Part shown: piece by piece, positions 34,801-49,407 of the stretch | How positions within the stretch are numbered: the first letter of the stretch is position 1 | Layout of the letters: every line of letters starts with the position of its first letter | Assembly (NCBI RefSeq): GCF_009914755.1 | Contig: NC_060947.1 | Reading direction: 5' to 3' (one strand) | Length of the DNA: 64,000 bases | Source of the DNA: the human T2T-CHM13v2.0 reference genome, Homo sapiens | Program-made: the position numbers and the translations under genes | The notes under the pieces: model-generated | Databases searched by the model: none | What the model was told of the DNA's origin: nothing | What the model saw: only the letters and a program-made list of their open reading frames with translations

Positions 34801-35214
34801 TCAAAAAGTGTAAATCCAACACTGTTTATGCTTTATTTCCTGTGGATTTGTAACTATGCATCAAACATTTTAAAAGCACTGATCCTTTGGCATGAAATCA
34901 TGTGTGAGCTATAGAGATTTTATCAAGCTAACTGATAGGAGATAGGCATGTGACATTATAAAACTCTGTGACCACGCAAAAGGAGCAGAAAGGAATGTCA
35001 ACCGTGACCTCTTATTTTCAAGTACAGATACCAGAAAATCTAGCTGGCTTTTGGTGTGAGAACACTCAAAAACTATAGGTCCCTGTAAAAGGAACATTCA
35101 ATTTCCAATGACTTGAATGTCATTTAACGGTGAGTGTGTATGATTTATGAAGAACAGACTAATAAAACATGGCATTTCAGTTGAATTGAAAATATAACAA
35201 CAGAAAATATGCAT

Positions 35215-35455
35215 GTGTTTTCCATGTGCAAGGCACTGTTTTTAGCACACTCGTATATATTAATTCATTTACTGCTCATAACTACCCTGTAAGGCAGGTT
35301 CCATTACTGTACCCATTTCACAGATGAGGAAACTGAGACACAGAGAGGCTAAGTAACTTGGTTCGAGATTATGCAGCAGATGAGTGGAAGAGCTAGGATC
35401 AAATTCAGGCATGTTCCAAAATGCTTACTGTCAATCACCACTCTGTACTGCCTCT
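35215..35455 (-). mobile_element. MIR
   Basis: cccatttcacagatgaggaaactgagacacagagaggctaagtaacttg. Confidence 0.88.
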
Positions 35456-36363
35456 AATGGGCACAAAAGTATACAAACATAATCTAAAATTTATACATGT
35501 TTGTTACCAGAGATTTTGGCACATTAAAAATCCAAGTACTTTCTATAAAATAATAAAGATTACTCAAAGTTCTATTACAATATAGTATCATTTCTGGAGG
35601 TGCCAAGGAATGTTAACAGCTCTATTTAAGTTTTATTTACAAACTATGTAATTGTACTATATGGATTTGATGTCAAAATACATGGGCATTTGGTAGATTA
35701 GAAAAATGCAGTTTAATTTCACTGTGTTAGTAAAAAGTGAGCATCTTGTTACTGGATGTGTTCAAATATAGAGAAGAATACCGTGGATGGGGTATCCATA
35801 TCAGATAAGTGAATGAACTAGATCCAGACACAGAACTATACGCAGGGTTTCAGCATCCCCATCAAACATGTCTGCCCATCTCCACCTCAACATTTGTCAC
35901 AGTGTAGTGTAACTCCTGCTTAGCTGTCTGGCTGACTGTGAGCTCCTTGAGGACACATCTTCATCTCTAGTGTCTGGCTCAATACTACATACAAATAAGT
36001 TGTCAACAAGTACATGCTAAACCAATGGAAGTTGTGCACATCTGTCATATGGAAGACATTGTGCTAGATGTTGGGAAGGCAATGATTTGGTCCACATGTA
36101 AGGCAGCACGGCCAAGTGCCCAGTAAATAGTGGGACCAAAAAGGAAGGCATCTGTAAGAACAGAGATAGTTGATGTGGGTCTTCAGGTAAGAAATCAACT
36201 GTTCCCATAAAGAACAAAGAATAAGTGGAATCCAAAGTTATTCCAATCCATTGCCTCTGTTTAAAAATAGATCAACAATCCCCTCAATTTAGCTATTGAT
36301 TAAGTTTGTAATTCTAAAATGGGAATAATATAACATATATCATATCTAAGTCAGTACAATTCT

Positions 36364-36820
36364 TAATAACAGCTTTATTGCAATATAATTCACATACCAT
36401 AAAATTCACCCTTTGAAAAAGTATTAATTCAGTGATTTTTAGTATTATTTAATAATATCTGCAACCATCACTACAGTCAATTTTATAACACTTTTACTCC
36501 CCCACCAAAGAAACCCCATTCCTCTTAGGCTGTGCTCCCACCCCTTCTTCCCTAAGCAGCCACTAACACTAATCTGCTTTCTTGTCCCTGAATTTGCCTT
36601 TTCTGGACATTTCATATAAATTGAATCATATCGTAGGTAGCCTTTTGTGTCTGCCTTTTTTCATTTAATACAATGTTTTTAAGGTTCGTCCATGTTGTAG
36701 CATGTATTCCATTCCTTTCTATTCCTGAATATTATTCCATTGTATGGGTATGCCACATTTTGCTTACCTGTTCATTAGTTGACAGACATTTGGGCTATTT
36801 CCACTTTTTGGCTATTGTGA
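36364..36820 (-). mobile_element. L1MB-type 3' end with preserved TSD
   Basis: aacagctttattg..ataattcacataccataaaattcacc. Flanked by ctaa(g/a)tcagtacaatt at 36346-36361 and 36821-36836. Confidence 0.88.
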
Positions 36821-37594
36821 CTAAATCAGTACAATTTTAAAACAACATGATTAGGCTAAAGAAGGACATCTAAGGCAATAAAGGTAATGGTGTTTTGTGA
36901 GGCTCAATTTATAGAAAAATGTCTAATTCACTTACATTAACACTAAAATTAATTACTTACATGATCAGAGTTATATCCTCAGCACCTAGAAACATGGCTG
37001 ACTCATAGTATGTGCTCAATAAAGTACGTTGAATGAATAACAAATGCAAAAACAAAAAAAAACACAAAACAAAAAAACTGAAAGGGGGATGAAAAGGAGA
37101 GTGAAATAGGAAAGTCCTAGGGAGCCAAATATCAGGGAAAAATCAAGCTGTAATTTCAAAAATGCTATAGTTCCTCTAGACATTTAACAGTTTACATTAA
37201 AGTCTCCTAAATGAGACATTCCTAGAAAAATATCAGGAACTAGCTCTGCTAAATAATAGTAAATCCCACCATAATACAACTTTTAAAAGTCTGAAACATT
37301 TAGGGTTGCTATTACTGACAATATTGTGCCAAACAGTCTTATTCTGTACAAATGTATTATTAATCAAATGATGCTTTCCCCCCTCCACTTCTAACAGTTT
37401 ATAATTCTATAATTTGGAAGTGAATTGTAATGTCTGTCGCGTCTGGTGGTTCCAGATGTTTACTTCATTCAAGCAGCACTATCTTTATCCAGTGCCCAAT
37501 CCTAGATGGCTAATACACTGTGGAAGTGACAAGCAGCAAACTCAAGTTCCCAATCAAACCTTTTTTTATATTTCCATAATATAACCATGGGGAT

Positions 37595-37825
37595 TATAGG
37601 CATAGACCAATGTTAGAGCATCAAGTTCAAGTTTTGATGCTACTGTTTACTAGCAGAATGTCTTTTGGCATGCTGCTTCCTCTCTCTGAGCCCCATGTTC
37701 CCCATCTGTAAAAAGGAGATAAATAAGAACGCTAAATTCACAGGGTTGCTGTGAGGATTAGATGAGATAACATGTGCAAAGTGCTTACCACAGAGACTAG
37801 CACAGAGTAAGTAGCTGTTACTATT
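37595..37825 (+). mobile_element. MIR
   Basis: ctctctgagccccatgttccccatctgtaaaaagg...cagggttgctgtgaggattagatgagataacatgtg. Confidence 0.85.
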
Positions 37826-38071
37826 AGAAAAAAGTACAAAATTACATCACTTCTTCCCGCCACTTCTTAATATGATATCAATTATTTTCCCTTTTTTCTC
37901 CCTAGTGGATAGTTCTACAGTTAGACCCGCTCTGAAACTAAAAACTGGCTATCAATTAATATTACATTAAAATAAAAAGATATGATTAAATGATTTATTT
38001 TAGGTCAGTTATTACAAGGGAAAACACAAATGAAAAATTTTCACAACTGCTACACATCTATAATATAACTG

Positions 38072-38382
38072 GGCCAGGTGCAGTGGCTCACGCCTGTAAT
38101 CCCAACACTTTGGGAGGCTGAGGCAGAAGGATCGCTTGAGCCCAGGAGTTCAAGACCAGCCTGCGCAACATAGCAGACCCTGTCTATAAAAAAAATTCTT
38201 TTTAACTAGCCAAGCGTGGTGGCACATGCCTCTGGTGCCAGCTAGCTACTCAGGAGGCTGAGGTGGGAGGATTGCTTCAGCCCAGGAGTTTGAGGCTACA
38301 GTGAGCTATGATCGTGCCACTGGCACTGCAGCCTGGGCCACAGAGTGAGACCCCCTTTTCATAAAATAAAAATAAATAAAAA
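38072..38382 (+). mobile_element. AluJ
   Basis: J-type diagnostics ggatcgcttgagcccaggag and gaggctacagtgagctatgat. Degenerate TSD ta(t/c)aat(a/g)taactg. Confidence 0.95.
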
Positions 38383-41379
38383 TACAATGTAACTGCAAGA
38401 TACTACATAACTGTGGTTTAAATATAAGTTAAAGATGTTCCGATGTTTATTTGTGTGTGTACATGCTGCAGGGGGGAAGGGAAGATATTTAGCACTTAGG
38501 ATGCCCTGTTACAAAGTCATAATACATACGTAGTCTGTAAATACACTTTGCAAACAAAAAGAAGACTTGCTATCTAATATATTTTGTTGCTGAAGCAATT
38601 TTCCAAGATTATAAGTATAGTGATTTCCTGGGCTAAGATTGCCTTGGGAGGATGCCAGCATTGATATGCTATAGAAGGTTAACTGCAGACATCACACACA
38701 ACTGGTATACTGAACTTTTCTCCATGTATTTTGTAGATTTGCTTTTTTTCATGTGAAATTGTGTAGGCTTATTGACTAGAGTCAGATAAATTAGCGCCCT
38801 TCCCCTTTGTGCCAACTGCTCTACACATGTTAAGGGCACAATTTTCAATTTGAGTATTGGAAGAATCAAATTCCTGCCAAGAAAAGAGGATACAAAAGTT
38901 TGGATGTCAACGTGGATATTTAGGAACATTGATGCTGCACCAGGAACTGGGGCTAAAGGGCTAAATGTGAGCTTGCACTTTCAGACAAAAGGGAGGTCTG
39001 ATGATGTACAGACACAAGAGAAATTGATTGGAATTTGAATTGGAAGAAGTGAATACCTCTCGAAGATCACAAGTCCTTCACACTAGGCTTCTCTATCTTT
39101 GAATAAGGCAAGGTACTTAGCATCCTAAAGTAAATGTTTCTCTCTCTCAACTAAAATGCAGCTGGGCAGAGATGGAGGCAAAAGCTTTTTACTGAAAAGC
39201 CATCTTAAGACATTTTAAGAGGGATATGTTTGGAAATACTCTCTCATCACTCACTTGTGTCTTCCTTGCTGGAATTTTTCCACTTTAAGCTCAACAAACA
39301 ACTCGTCATTTCTTTGGTATTTATTGTAATATTAATCATACAGACACATACCCCCCAAAAGATAATGCAGTAAAGACTTTTGGGGAAAATACATCTTTTC
39401 TATAGGTTTCCCATTTTAATTCTCTTAATTTCATTGTGTAAAACTTGTTAAAAATACTATTTTACAGAGGAAAAGGATTCTGAGAATGTTGATTATTGAT
39501 ACTATCCAAACCCAAAAAGGATCTGTTTGCAAATTGAATTTCTTAACTGAATCCAGTAAATAATCATCATAATATTAAACCAGAGTGCAGATCCTGAAAG
39601 AGGGACTAAGATTCCTATGAGGTGTAGCTAATTGGTAACACAGAACACGGACTTTGAGGGGATATCACACTAAATTAATTAGTTCAGAGATGCACTGAGT
39701 TCACAACTTGATTACAGGGCTGGCTGATTCCCTCAAAACAATAGCCTTAATTTAAACCAACCATATAAACTTGCCTTCCTTTGCAATCCTTCCAATTATC
39801 AAGCAAACAGTTGCAAATCGTTGATCATGGGCTTAATAAGCTCATTCATGCTATTATTTCAGAATTTAAACCTGCTGAATATTTTTACTTCAACAAAGTA
39901 AAACTATATCCTCCATAATCTAAATGTAAAGCCATTTGATTTGCTTCTCTATATAGGATACTATAAAAATCTATTTTCCCCAGTATAAAATGATAAAGAA
40001 TTTATACTAGAAACCATAAACAAAAAATTAAAAGCAAAATTCCTGTATTCATTTTAGAAATGCATTTAAGAAACATTTTTCTCTAGCATTGGGGAAATAT
40101 TTTAATCTAAAGTCCTGTTGATTTTGTGCAATCTGTTCTCTTGGCATGAAGATGCCGTTAATCTACTTTGATTCCTATTGATAGAGTATTCTTAAATTCT
40201 TATCAACAAGTAATATTTGCACAGTAACTTGAAATGCAGCATAAAAAGCTAAAAGCTGAAATTTAGAAGAATAAACACACGCACACACACACACGCACAC
40301 AAAAAAAACCCATATGTATACATATGTTTATATATATTTTTAGGAATGTAGCCTTAATGCAATTTAATTCTCAGAATGTGGTATTTGTTTCAACCTCAAT
40401 TCTCAGGCATTCCACCTAGTATATCTTTTTTATCCTAGACCATGTGGCAAAATAAACACAGTTTTGAAAACGCTGGTTTAGATCATTAGTATCTCTACAA
40501 TATAACTTCAAAGATTTAAGTTTTTCAATGTATTTGCATTGAAAATTCGCATCGTTTTCCGCTTCAGAGTAAAAAGAAATTTGCAGAACCTCAGAGCAGC
40601 ATCACCTTTTGTTTGACTAGAATCAACCTAGACATTAAATTCAAAGCTTAAGGTAGAGAAGGTAGAGATATTTTCTATCAATAATCATAAGCTTCTAAGA
40701 AAAGAGGAAATATATTCTTCTAGATGGGAGAAAGGGGATGGTGATTAAAATGAGGGGAATTGAACCAGACCTGAGGTTTGTTATTTTTTTTATTTTTACA
40801 AGTTGAAATATAAAATCCATGAAAAACTGAAGTTGTCAGACGCAACATAAGGGAAGTAATGTCTATGGTAAATTTCCAAATTTATGAAAGACACTGAATC
40901 CTAGTGTAAAGGCAAATCAGAGTAAACCTATATCCTCTATAGTTACATTTGAATTCTCATTTTTATAGCTTTCCCCAACCCTCTCTTTCATTTTCATTGA
41001 GTATGTGCTGTAAAAAGATGTCAGTCACATTTTCGCTATTTCAGTAGCACTGTCTTGCCTCTGAAGCCATTTAAAAATAATCCTATCTGTTATTTTAGCT
41101 GAATTCCACTGTCTTTCCCCCTCCTCCTTTTTTGTTTTTGGTTGTACCTATCCCAGTTCTTTTATGACAATCCTAATCCTCCACCTTAAAGGCAAAAAGA
41201 ATAAAGAGGACCCAAAATTCAGGCTCACCAGAGTTCTGTATGAATTACTTGATCAGACTGCACAATTAATACTGTGCATATTAACAGAGATGTTGCGCAA
41301 GTAGGGCAGCCACTCAGAACATATTCCATGCTTGACAGACATTTTCAATATTCTCTTCTGCTTCCTTCTCATCAGCCAG

Positions 41380-41960
41380 TAAGCACATCTAAGTCATCTC
41401 TATCCTAATAAGAAAACCCTTCCTTCCCTTGATGCAATTTCCTTTTTAAGTTCCAACATATCTCATCCTTCATCATCATATATCTGAAAAAAAGTCATCA
41501 TTACCACTTTCACTTTCCAACTTTTCACTTACTCCTCAACCCACTGGAAACCAGCTTCTTGGCTCTCAAAAATCACCAACAACCTTTTCAGTGCCAAAAC
41601 CAGTGGCCTCAACTTACATAATTCCTGTGGTATTTGTTGATTGCTCCCTCCTTTTAGAGACTTTCTTTGCCCTTTGCTTCTATAACAAAAAAAAATCCTC
41701 CTGTGTTGCTCAACTTGGGCTGTCCTGGCCACTCCTAGGGGTGAGGGATTAACTTCCAACATCTTGCCTTGTTATTTTCTCTGCATTCTGGACAAGTTTA
41801 ATCCAATTTTGTTCTAGATTTTTCTACATGGCTTTCACTAGCACTTAACTCCACATCATTTCACACTCCTGACCCCTCACTCTTCATCCACCTCTCAAGC
41901 CTCTTCCTGTTTCTCCTATCCTACTGTAGCACCATCCATCAAACAGTGAAAGCAGCCTTT
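41380..41960 (+). mobile_element. L2 internal fragment
   Basis: actcctcaacccactggaaaccagcttct...aaaatcaccaacaacctt...gccaaaaccagtggcc. Confidence 0.6.
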
Positions 41961-44900
41961 TGTTACATCAAGATGGGTAACAGATTAGTGTTGGCTTGAT
42001 TTATAATGAAATAAATATCTTCATGGATGGAAGAGGCAGGCCATGGGCCATTAGATGGTTCCCAAATGATGAAGCAAGACAGAGAAGAAATGATTGTGTG
42101 TTGGGGGGTGTGTTTTATACAAAAAGTGAGCAGGGACTTGAGGATGCAATTTTTAGCCTGATATCTATTAGATGCCAAAGAGAGTATTTGCCCAGCTAGA
42201 ACCAACTGTATTTCATAACTTAAAAAAACTGTCATAACAAAATGAAAGTACCTAGCAGAGCATCTGGCACACAGTAATTGTTCAATAAATGTCAGTTGAC
42301 TCTGAATAAACACCTATTACAGGACGTTTTTATTGGGTGTGAAAATGGGGGTTCAAATTTTATTCCTATATATAAACTCCTGCCTACAGATACTAAGATT
42401 GATTTAAAAGTATAATACATTCCTGGAGGTGAAGGTGGTTGTAAACACTGTTTCTCCTGCCACCCAAGTGCCACAAGAGCCAAAGTCAAACTGCCTGGGC
42501 CTGCCAGCATAAGGAAATGTCAAGGGAAGTCTCAGGCCTCTAACATCTTACATGGTTAAATTCTATACCATTATTCACACCAAGCCAATCAGAAAGGGAC
42601 CCTTAACAGCACAGAACCCATAGATTTTTACTGTACTTTCTGACTTCCTATTTCTTAAGTCTTTCCTGCTCTAGAAAGCAAAAAGTATAAAGTCTCAGAA
42701 GTCTGGATGCATGCTTCACAAGAGTCTCCTTATAGGGGTCCAAGGAAACCTTACTTATTTTCACTTAAAAAACCTGCCATTTCAAGAGGGTTTTATTTTC
42801 TTCTGTTTTAATGATTATCCAACATGAGGAATAATATGAGCCAGAGCTCCTCTCCTGGATCTGAGATGATCAAGTGTTTTTTTTTCAACATGATTATATT
42901 TATTTTTATTTTTTAAAAAATGTTGTGAGTACATAGAAGGTGTATATATTTTGTTTTCCTTATGTCCAAATCATTGCAGGCTTCCTGAGAGTGCTAATGG
43001 TTGCAATTCTTGGGAAGAAGGGGTTTCCCTCACTTACTAGTTTAGGGAAAACTCTGCTAACAGCAATACAGCATTTCAACCTTCTTTTGGATTTCATGAA
43101 AATGAGGAATGCGGTATAAGGAGTTCTCCAAACAAAATGTTAGGAAACCATGCAGCTCTTTCTCTCCTTCCTTTCTCCTCCTCCATTCTACAAGAAAGTT
43201 TGCCTTGACAGTCTCATTGCCTACTGAAGGAAATTTCCACTTACAATAAACAAAACAAACTCACCTGTCAAAGGTCTTGAGTTCCATGTATACCTTAAAG
43301 TTTCAAATGTAATATTATATAAAACGTCACAATATTTCCCAGACAGCCTGATGAAAGTTAGAGTGCTGCATGAAATGAATGATAAGTTGGTGTTTAGTTG
43401 GCTTGAGCACTCCCTCTCACAGAGCTTTTGCTTATCACTATTAATTTGTCAAGCATCCCATAACAAAAAAATCCCAGAAGGCTAACGTGAAAAAGGTAGC
43501 TGACACCCAAAACAATGACTAATTTTGTTTGCCTAGAACAGTCAACTACATGCTTGTTACAGCTGAAAATCCTGAATAACTCACACTCAAACCCCCCACA
43601 CCTTATTCAACTGACTCTATACTACTCTGTACATGTTTACAGTGAAACAGATGCTTATGGGCAAAGGTATCCTATAACCCCCCAAAATATGTATTACTGC
43701 TTTCTAAAAAGCTTTAACATCAGAATAAGAAAGAATTAAAACCTTTAGCTCTCAGGATCAGAGCATGTATGCAATTTCACCCTTCAACATTTTTTAGTTT
43801 TTATCGTCATAAACAGAATAACGGGTTTTGTTGGTGATGATGTAACCCTTTATTATGGTCCTTAATTTGTTTTACATCTCATTTCATAAATTGATTGCTA
43901 ATTACACAATCAGTAGATCTGTAAGTCTTTTTCTATTCTTAATCTTTAAATGTATTATATCTGAGGAGGGAGATACAAACTCACAATGACAGAGTTTAGT
44001 CACTAACTCATAAGAAGCTGACATTACATTTTCAGAGCAGTAACTTCAGTTTAACATTTAAATATCTATAAAGCCTTATTGTATGTCAAGTCTCAAAGTT
44101 GAGGAAGCAACAGTGCTTTAAGGCTCTGAAGGATGTCCACAGGAAGAGACTTTTGGGAAAGAATTCAATATGTCCCAGGCAGAAAGAGATTTAATGACAA
44201 TGGGAGGGAACTGCAGGAGAGGTGAGGGTGAAGACAAACTCCTCATGATCCTACTGGAGATGCAATAGTACCCCCGGAAGGCAATATTTTCCTCCCCCTG
44301 ACAATTATTTAATTCTAAGGAATATGCACAAATTGGCCAGACTTCTAAGGCCAGACTTCTCCTAATGGGTTGCATTCAGTAGTTAATCTCTTATCTGTTC
44401 ATGTGAGTGAATCTTATGTTTTCCTACTACTAGGCTCAATACTCATTAGCACAAAAAAAGTGATTGGAAAGACTATGTGGCTATTTTCTTCTTTATTTCT
44501 GTAATCTTTCCCATTAATATTTTAGGTATATTTAACAGACTTTCAGCTTATGCCTCATCTACAATTTTAAAATTCATTTTAAAGTGTGCCTTTGTTCACC
44601 GCAGAAAAAATAGACACCCACAGGTTTTTTTCCCAGCATAAACATTTATATTTATGAATCAGCTTGTTTTCTTCTTGCAAACACATTCTCTTGCTATGAC
44701 CATTTTTGATTTATGAAAATCAAAAACAATTTTTGAGCCCTTTAACTTATATTTAACTTATTAAAATGAGCTTGATTTTCTTCCAACATTTAAAATTTTT
44801 GGATAATTCTTTTGCCATTCGAAGCACCTCACACCCAATTGTCCCAAGGTTTTTAGTTGTCATTTTGTTGTTGTTGTCGTTGTTAAACATCCGTTTTTGG

Positions 44901-45636
44901 CTTTTGTTCCCAGATAGTTTTATTTTCAGTGTCCCAATGTTCTAGCAATAGCACTTAGTAAATACATAATATATAAAGTTTCTGCCTTCAGGATTGCAAA
45001 ATACCTTGGACATTAAATCTTATAGCACATCTATAGCAATATCTTACTGTTCAGTTTGAAAAGCAGACACATAACTATCAGGGTACTGAACCAACAGCAC
45101 TAGGTATGTTATCATGAAAGCCTTCAGCATCCCTTGACCATCTTCCCTTCAAAAAAGAGAGGAAAAATATTTCTGACACAGAAATAACATCCACTAAAAC
45201 ACTGACTTTTAAACCTTTCTGACGGCAACAAATAGTAAGAAACACACTTTACATCCTAACTCAGTAACAGGTGCATGGATTTGAAATAACAGTCTCACCC
45301 AATATATCTAATCTTACTACATGACACATGTTGATATTTTCTTACTGTCTATTTAATGCAATTCTGTTTAATAGAAATGCTAGTCACAACCTACTAAATG
45401 GATTTCATTATGCACTAATGAGTTGTTGCCTACCACTTGAAAATTACAATGATAGAATAAATAGGCTTTTCTAATACCACAAGGTAATGCTGTTGGCTCC
45501 AAATACAGTAGAGTAAACCTATATTAATTTTGACACCACTAGTTTAGATTGTGATAACTGAACCTGAATCAGCTTGAAATATGTATTTTAGATTACCTAT
45601 AAAGAAAGGTTTTGCTAAACAAAATAATAATGTCCG

Positions 45637-45960
<324 letters not shown>

Positions 45961-48597
45961 AGCTGTGTTGCTAATTATAAATGTTTGTAAATATTCAGGC
46001 CAATCTACTTACAAAAAACGTTGTTTGTTCTTAGTCCAAACCAGTTTCTAAATCGAATACGGTCTTTCATCTGAGCTTTCAAAATTTTAGTGTATCTTAA
46101 CATTCAAACTCAAAAATGTTCAAAAATTAAAATCATATTTTGAAATATATATTTTTTTGTTCATCAGCCGCTTTTTTGTTTATAAATCTGCTCTGGGCAT
46201 CATCTAATAATAACAACAGTAATGAGTATACGGTTTATTTGTGGAACATTTTAAACTTCAGAAAACCCTTTCACTTTTGTGAACTGGTAATGACCAGCAA
46301 TCCCTGGATTACTGAATATTTAAAAAGCATGTAATGACATTTGCCAGACTCAAAAATGAAACTTAATATTTGGTTTGTTCTGCATGTAACAGATTACTCA
46401 ATCCCATGAAGAAATGCAGGTGTCTGGCCATCAGTGATTGCCTCTATTTCAGAGATTCAGCCCACCCCTGCCATCCCCCCACCAAATTTGGAAGATATGA
46501 AAGAAATTTAAATTTCAAGATAAAGGACCAAGCCAAGTCATGGAGTCAGGGGAGTTGGGGGTGGGGGGCGCTGTCACATAGCCTCCTTTATATGGAGGTA
46601 CCTACCAAAGAACTCAGAACAGATGTTTGTCTTTTATAAACATTTAACTTTTTAGCAAATTGAAGGCTTAGGAAGCTAAGGGAGTGAAGGGCAGGCCAGG
46701 AAGTCAGGGATTCCTGGATGTGAACCCAGCCTCGATCTTATTCTGTTTTTGCTCTAAATCAATGCCAAACTGTTCACACCTCAGCTGCTTTATAGCAGGC
46801 AAGAATTATACTGAGGACAAAACTGTTTCCTGGAAATGTCATGGGTTAAATGATTACTATTACAGCTCTCAATGGTACTTCCACTAAAGGCAAAGCACTC
46901 TTCATGTATATTATTTACCTTCATTATATTACGAGATCAAAGTAAAATATCTGTAACCTGCTAAACTGACCCTGAAAACAAACCATTCTTTCCATTCCTT
47001 TCCAAGTTTTTGTCCACTTTACTAATGATGAGTTATTCAACCAATTAGGAAACTCAATCATGTGATATTAAAGGTTTTCAAGTAGCTGTAACACCTCTGA
47101 GTTAAGAATTATCTGGCAGACGTTAATGGCAAATTCAGGGCCCTCAACTTTATTTGGCCAGTCTCTATTGGACCATCGACCTATAGGAAATGCCCTCCCA
47201 TCAAAGGCCCGATTTGGCAACCTATGAGAAAGAAGTAGTTTGTCCCTGTTAGGAAAAGTAGCTCCATTGTCCATATGGATGAGGAGGCACCACATCCATA
47301 CCCAGCTCTGCCCATGGTGCTCTGGGCTCTTCAAAGGGCAGAATGTGGTTTCACTTTCTCCCCACTGCTTCATGAGAAAAGCAGCCTGGTCGCTTCCTGG
47401 CATTTAATGAATGGTCCTCTCTCCGTGGATTTGGACTGTTGGTCCTTCCAACCAGTCATTAGCTGGCAGGAAATGCCCTCCTCAGCAATCACTATTGTGT
47501 AAATAAAGCCATAAACTTTCGAAGGCCCATGCAATCCCAGACCACAAAGCTGCACGTGTGGTGGGGGAGGGACCTTGATTGTAAAAGCACTGCCTTCCAA
47601 ATTAAACTCAAACCACATGATACAGTTCATAAAATATACAAAACATGCAGCCCAGTGACAGATTTATTGTGGCCTTACAGAATAAAGAAAAAAAAAACTC
47701 TATATGGAAAACACAGCTACTTTTGACTCAAATAGCCGCCAAACAGGAAGTTAAAAGCAAATCAGCCAGCTGTGGCCTCACTAAGTTATGAGGGAGCCCA
47801 GTGCAACCAGCATTTCCTGTCATTGCTTGTCACCGTTTCTGAGTGCCTCTGTCTGAACTGTTTTCTTAGATGGCTAAAAATATTACAGAGATTTCTTTGG
47901 GGATAGACACAAGGCAACAAGGAGGCCTATTATATGATCTAGGCTTGAAAGTGAAAAATGTAACTTTTATCCAAAAAACATTCACTTAACACAGGTTACA
48001 GATTCAGTCACTTGAACCACTGCATTTTAATGAATATTGGAATAAAAGCCCACATTTGTAAAAGAATTTAAAATCAGATCTTAGGTTGCCTAGCTGTTTC
48101 CTGTTAATTTAGAATATATATTCAGAACCACAATTTTCATGTGCCTGATTAGTAAATGACAGAGCTGGAGACTACAATATCCCAGAAATCTAGCTTCTTA
48201 GAGTTTCTCTCATCATCATCATCATTGTCATCCCACAAAATGACTTGTGCAAGTTCAAAGTATGTGCATGAGAGTTCTCTAAATCAAATCACATTTTAGA
48301 TCCTTTTATGATGTGATGATGATGATGATCACACTCTTCACAAAATATGGAGGTAGTCTTGTCTTTTTTTCAGCACTGTGAAATGCCAAGCCCTAGGACA
48401 CATCTTTCTAGCCTATCCACTTTTCAATCACAAAAGAGCTTTGGAGGGGGAGTTTCAGTTAGAAAGCAAAAGCATTCTGCCCTGGTATTGTTGCTGCACT
48501 GAATCTCAGCGCATCTATATGAATTCCCCAGCAAAACCAGGTTATTAAACATGGGGTAGAGGGGCAACTTGCGAGTCAGTCAAAAGTCCCACCAAAA

Positions 48598-49407
48598 CAT
48601 GGATAAACCTGGAGGACATTGTGTTACATGAAATAAACCAGGCACAGAAATACAAATACTGCATGTTCTCACTCATATGTGGAAGCTGAAAGAGTTGATC
48701 TCATAGAAGCAGTGAGTAAAACAGTGGTAACTAGAGCCTGGGAAGGGTGGGGGTTGGGGAATAGCCAAAGGCTGGTTAATGGACACAAAACTATAGCCAC
48801 ATAGTGGGAATAAACTGTAGTGCTTTACAGCACCGTTGGGTGATGATAATAACAATTTAGTTTATGTTTTCAAATAGCTAGAAGAGAGGATTTTGAAAGT
48901 TCCCAACACAAAGAAATGACAAATGTTTGAGGTGATGGATATGCTAAATACCCTGATTTGATCATTACACATTGTATGCATGTATTGAAATATCACATTC
49001 TACCCCGTAAATATTACAATTATTGTCAATTAAAAATATACATATAAGTTTATAAAAAGAACTCCCAGACCCTCCCTCTAGTCAATCCACAGGCTTTAGC
49101 CCTTCCTCCTCATTTAGATGGGTAACACTGATTTTCAACTCATCTTCTATGGCGAGCGGGACCTACCCTGAACTTAAGTTTAGAGGCAGACATGGAGCCC
49201 TTCACTGCTCATACTGGTCTCCTCCCTGGTTCTGATGTCATGTCTAAATGTCGTGATGACCATTTACCTAAGGCCTCAAATTCACAAACTGCCTCACATG
49301 CAGATGTTTAACACTATCTCCAGATCAGGTTATGTATTTTGACCCTACATTTTCATTTGCATTACAATGTTAATTTAATAAATGTAAACATATAAAGTAC
49401 ACCACAA
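48598..49407 (+). mobile_element. 5'-truncated L1MA 3' end plus ~345 bp of co-inserted non-L1 sequence
   Basis: L1MA 3'UTR from 48598 to about 49037. The 16-bp direct repeat AAAAGTCCC(A/G)CCAAAA at 48582-48597 and 49408-49423 encloses the extra DNA. Confidence 0.85.
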
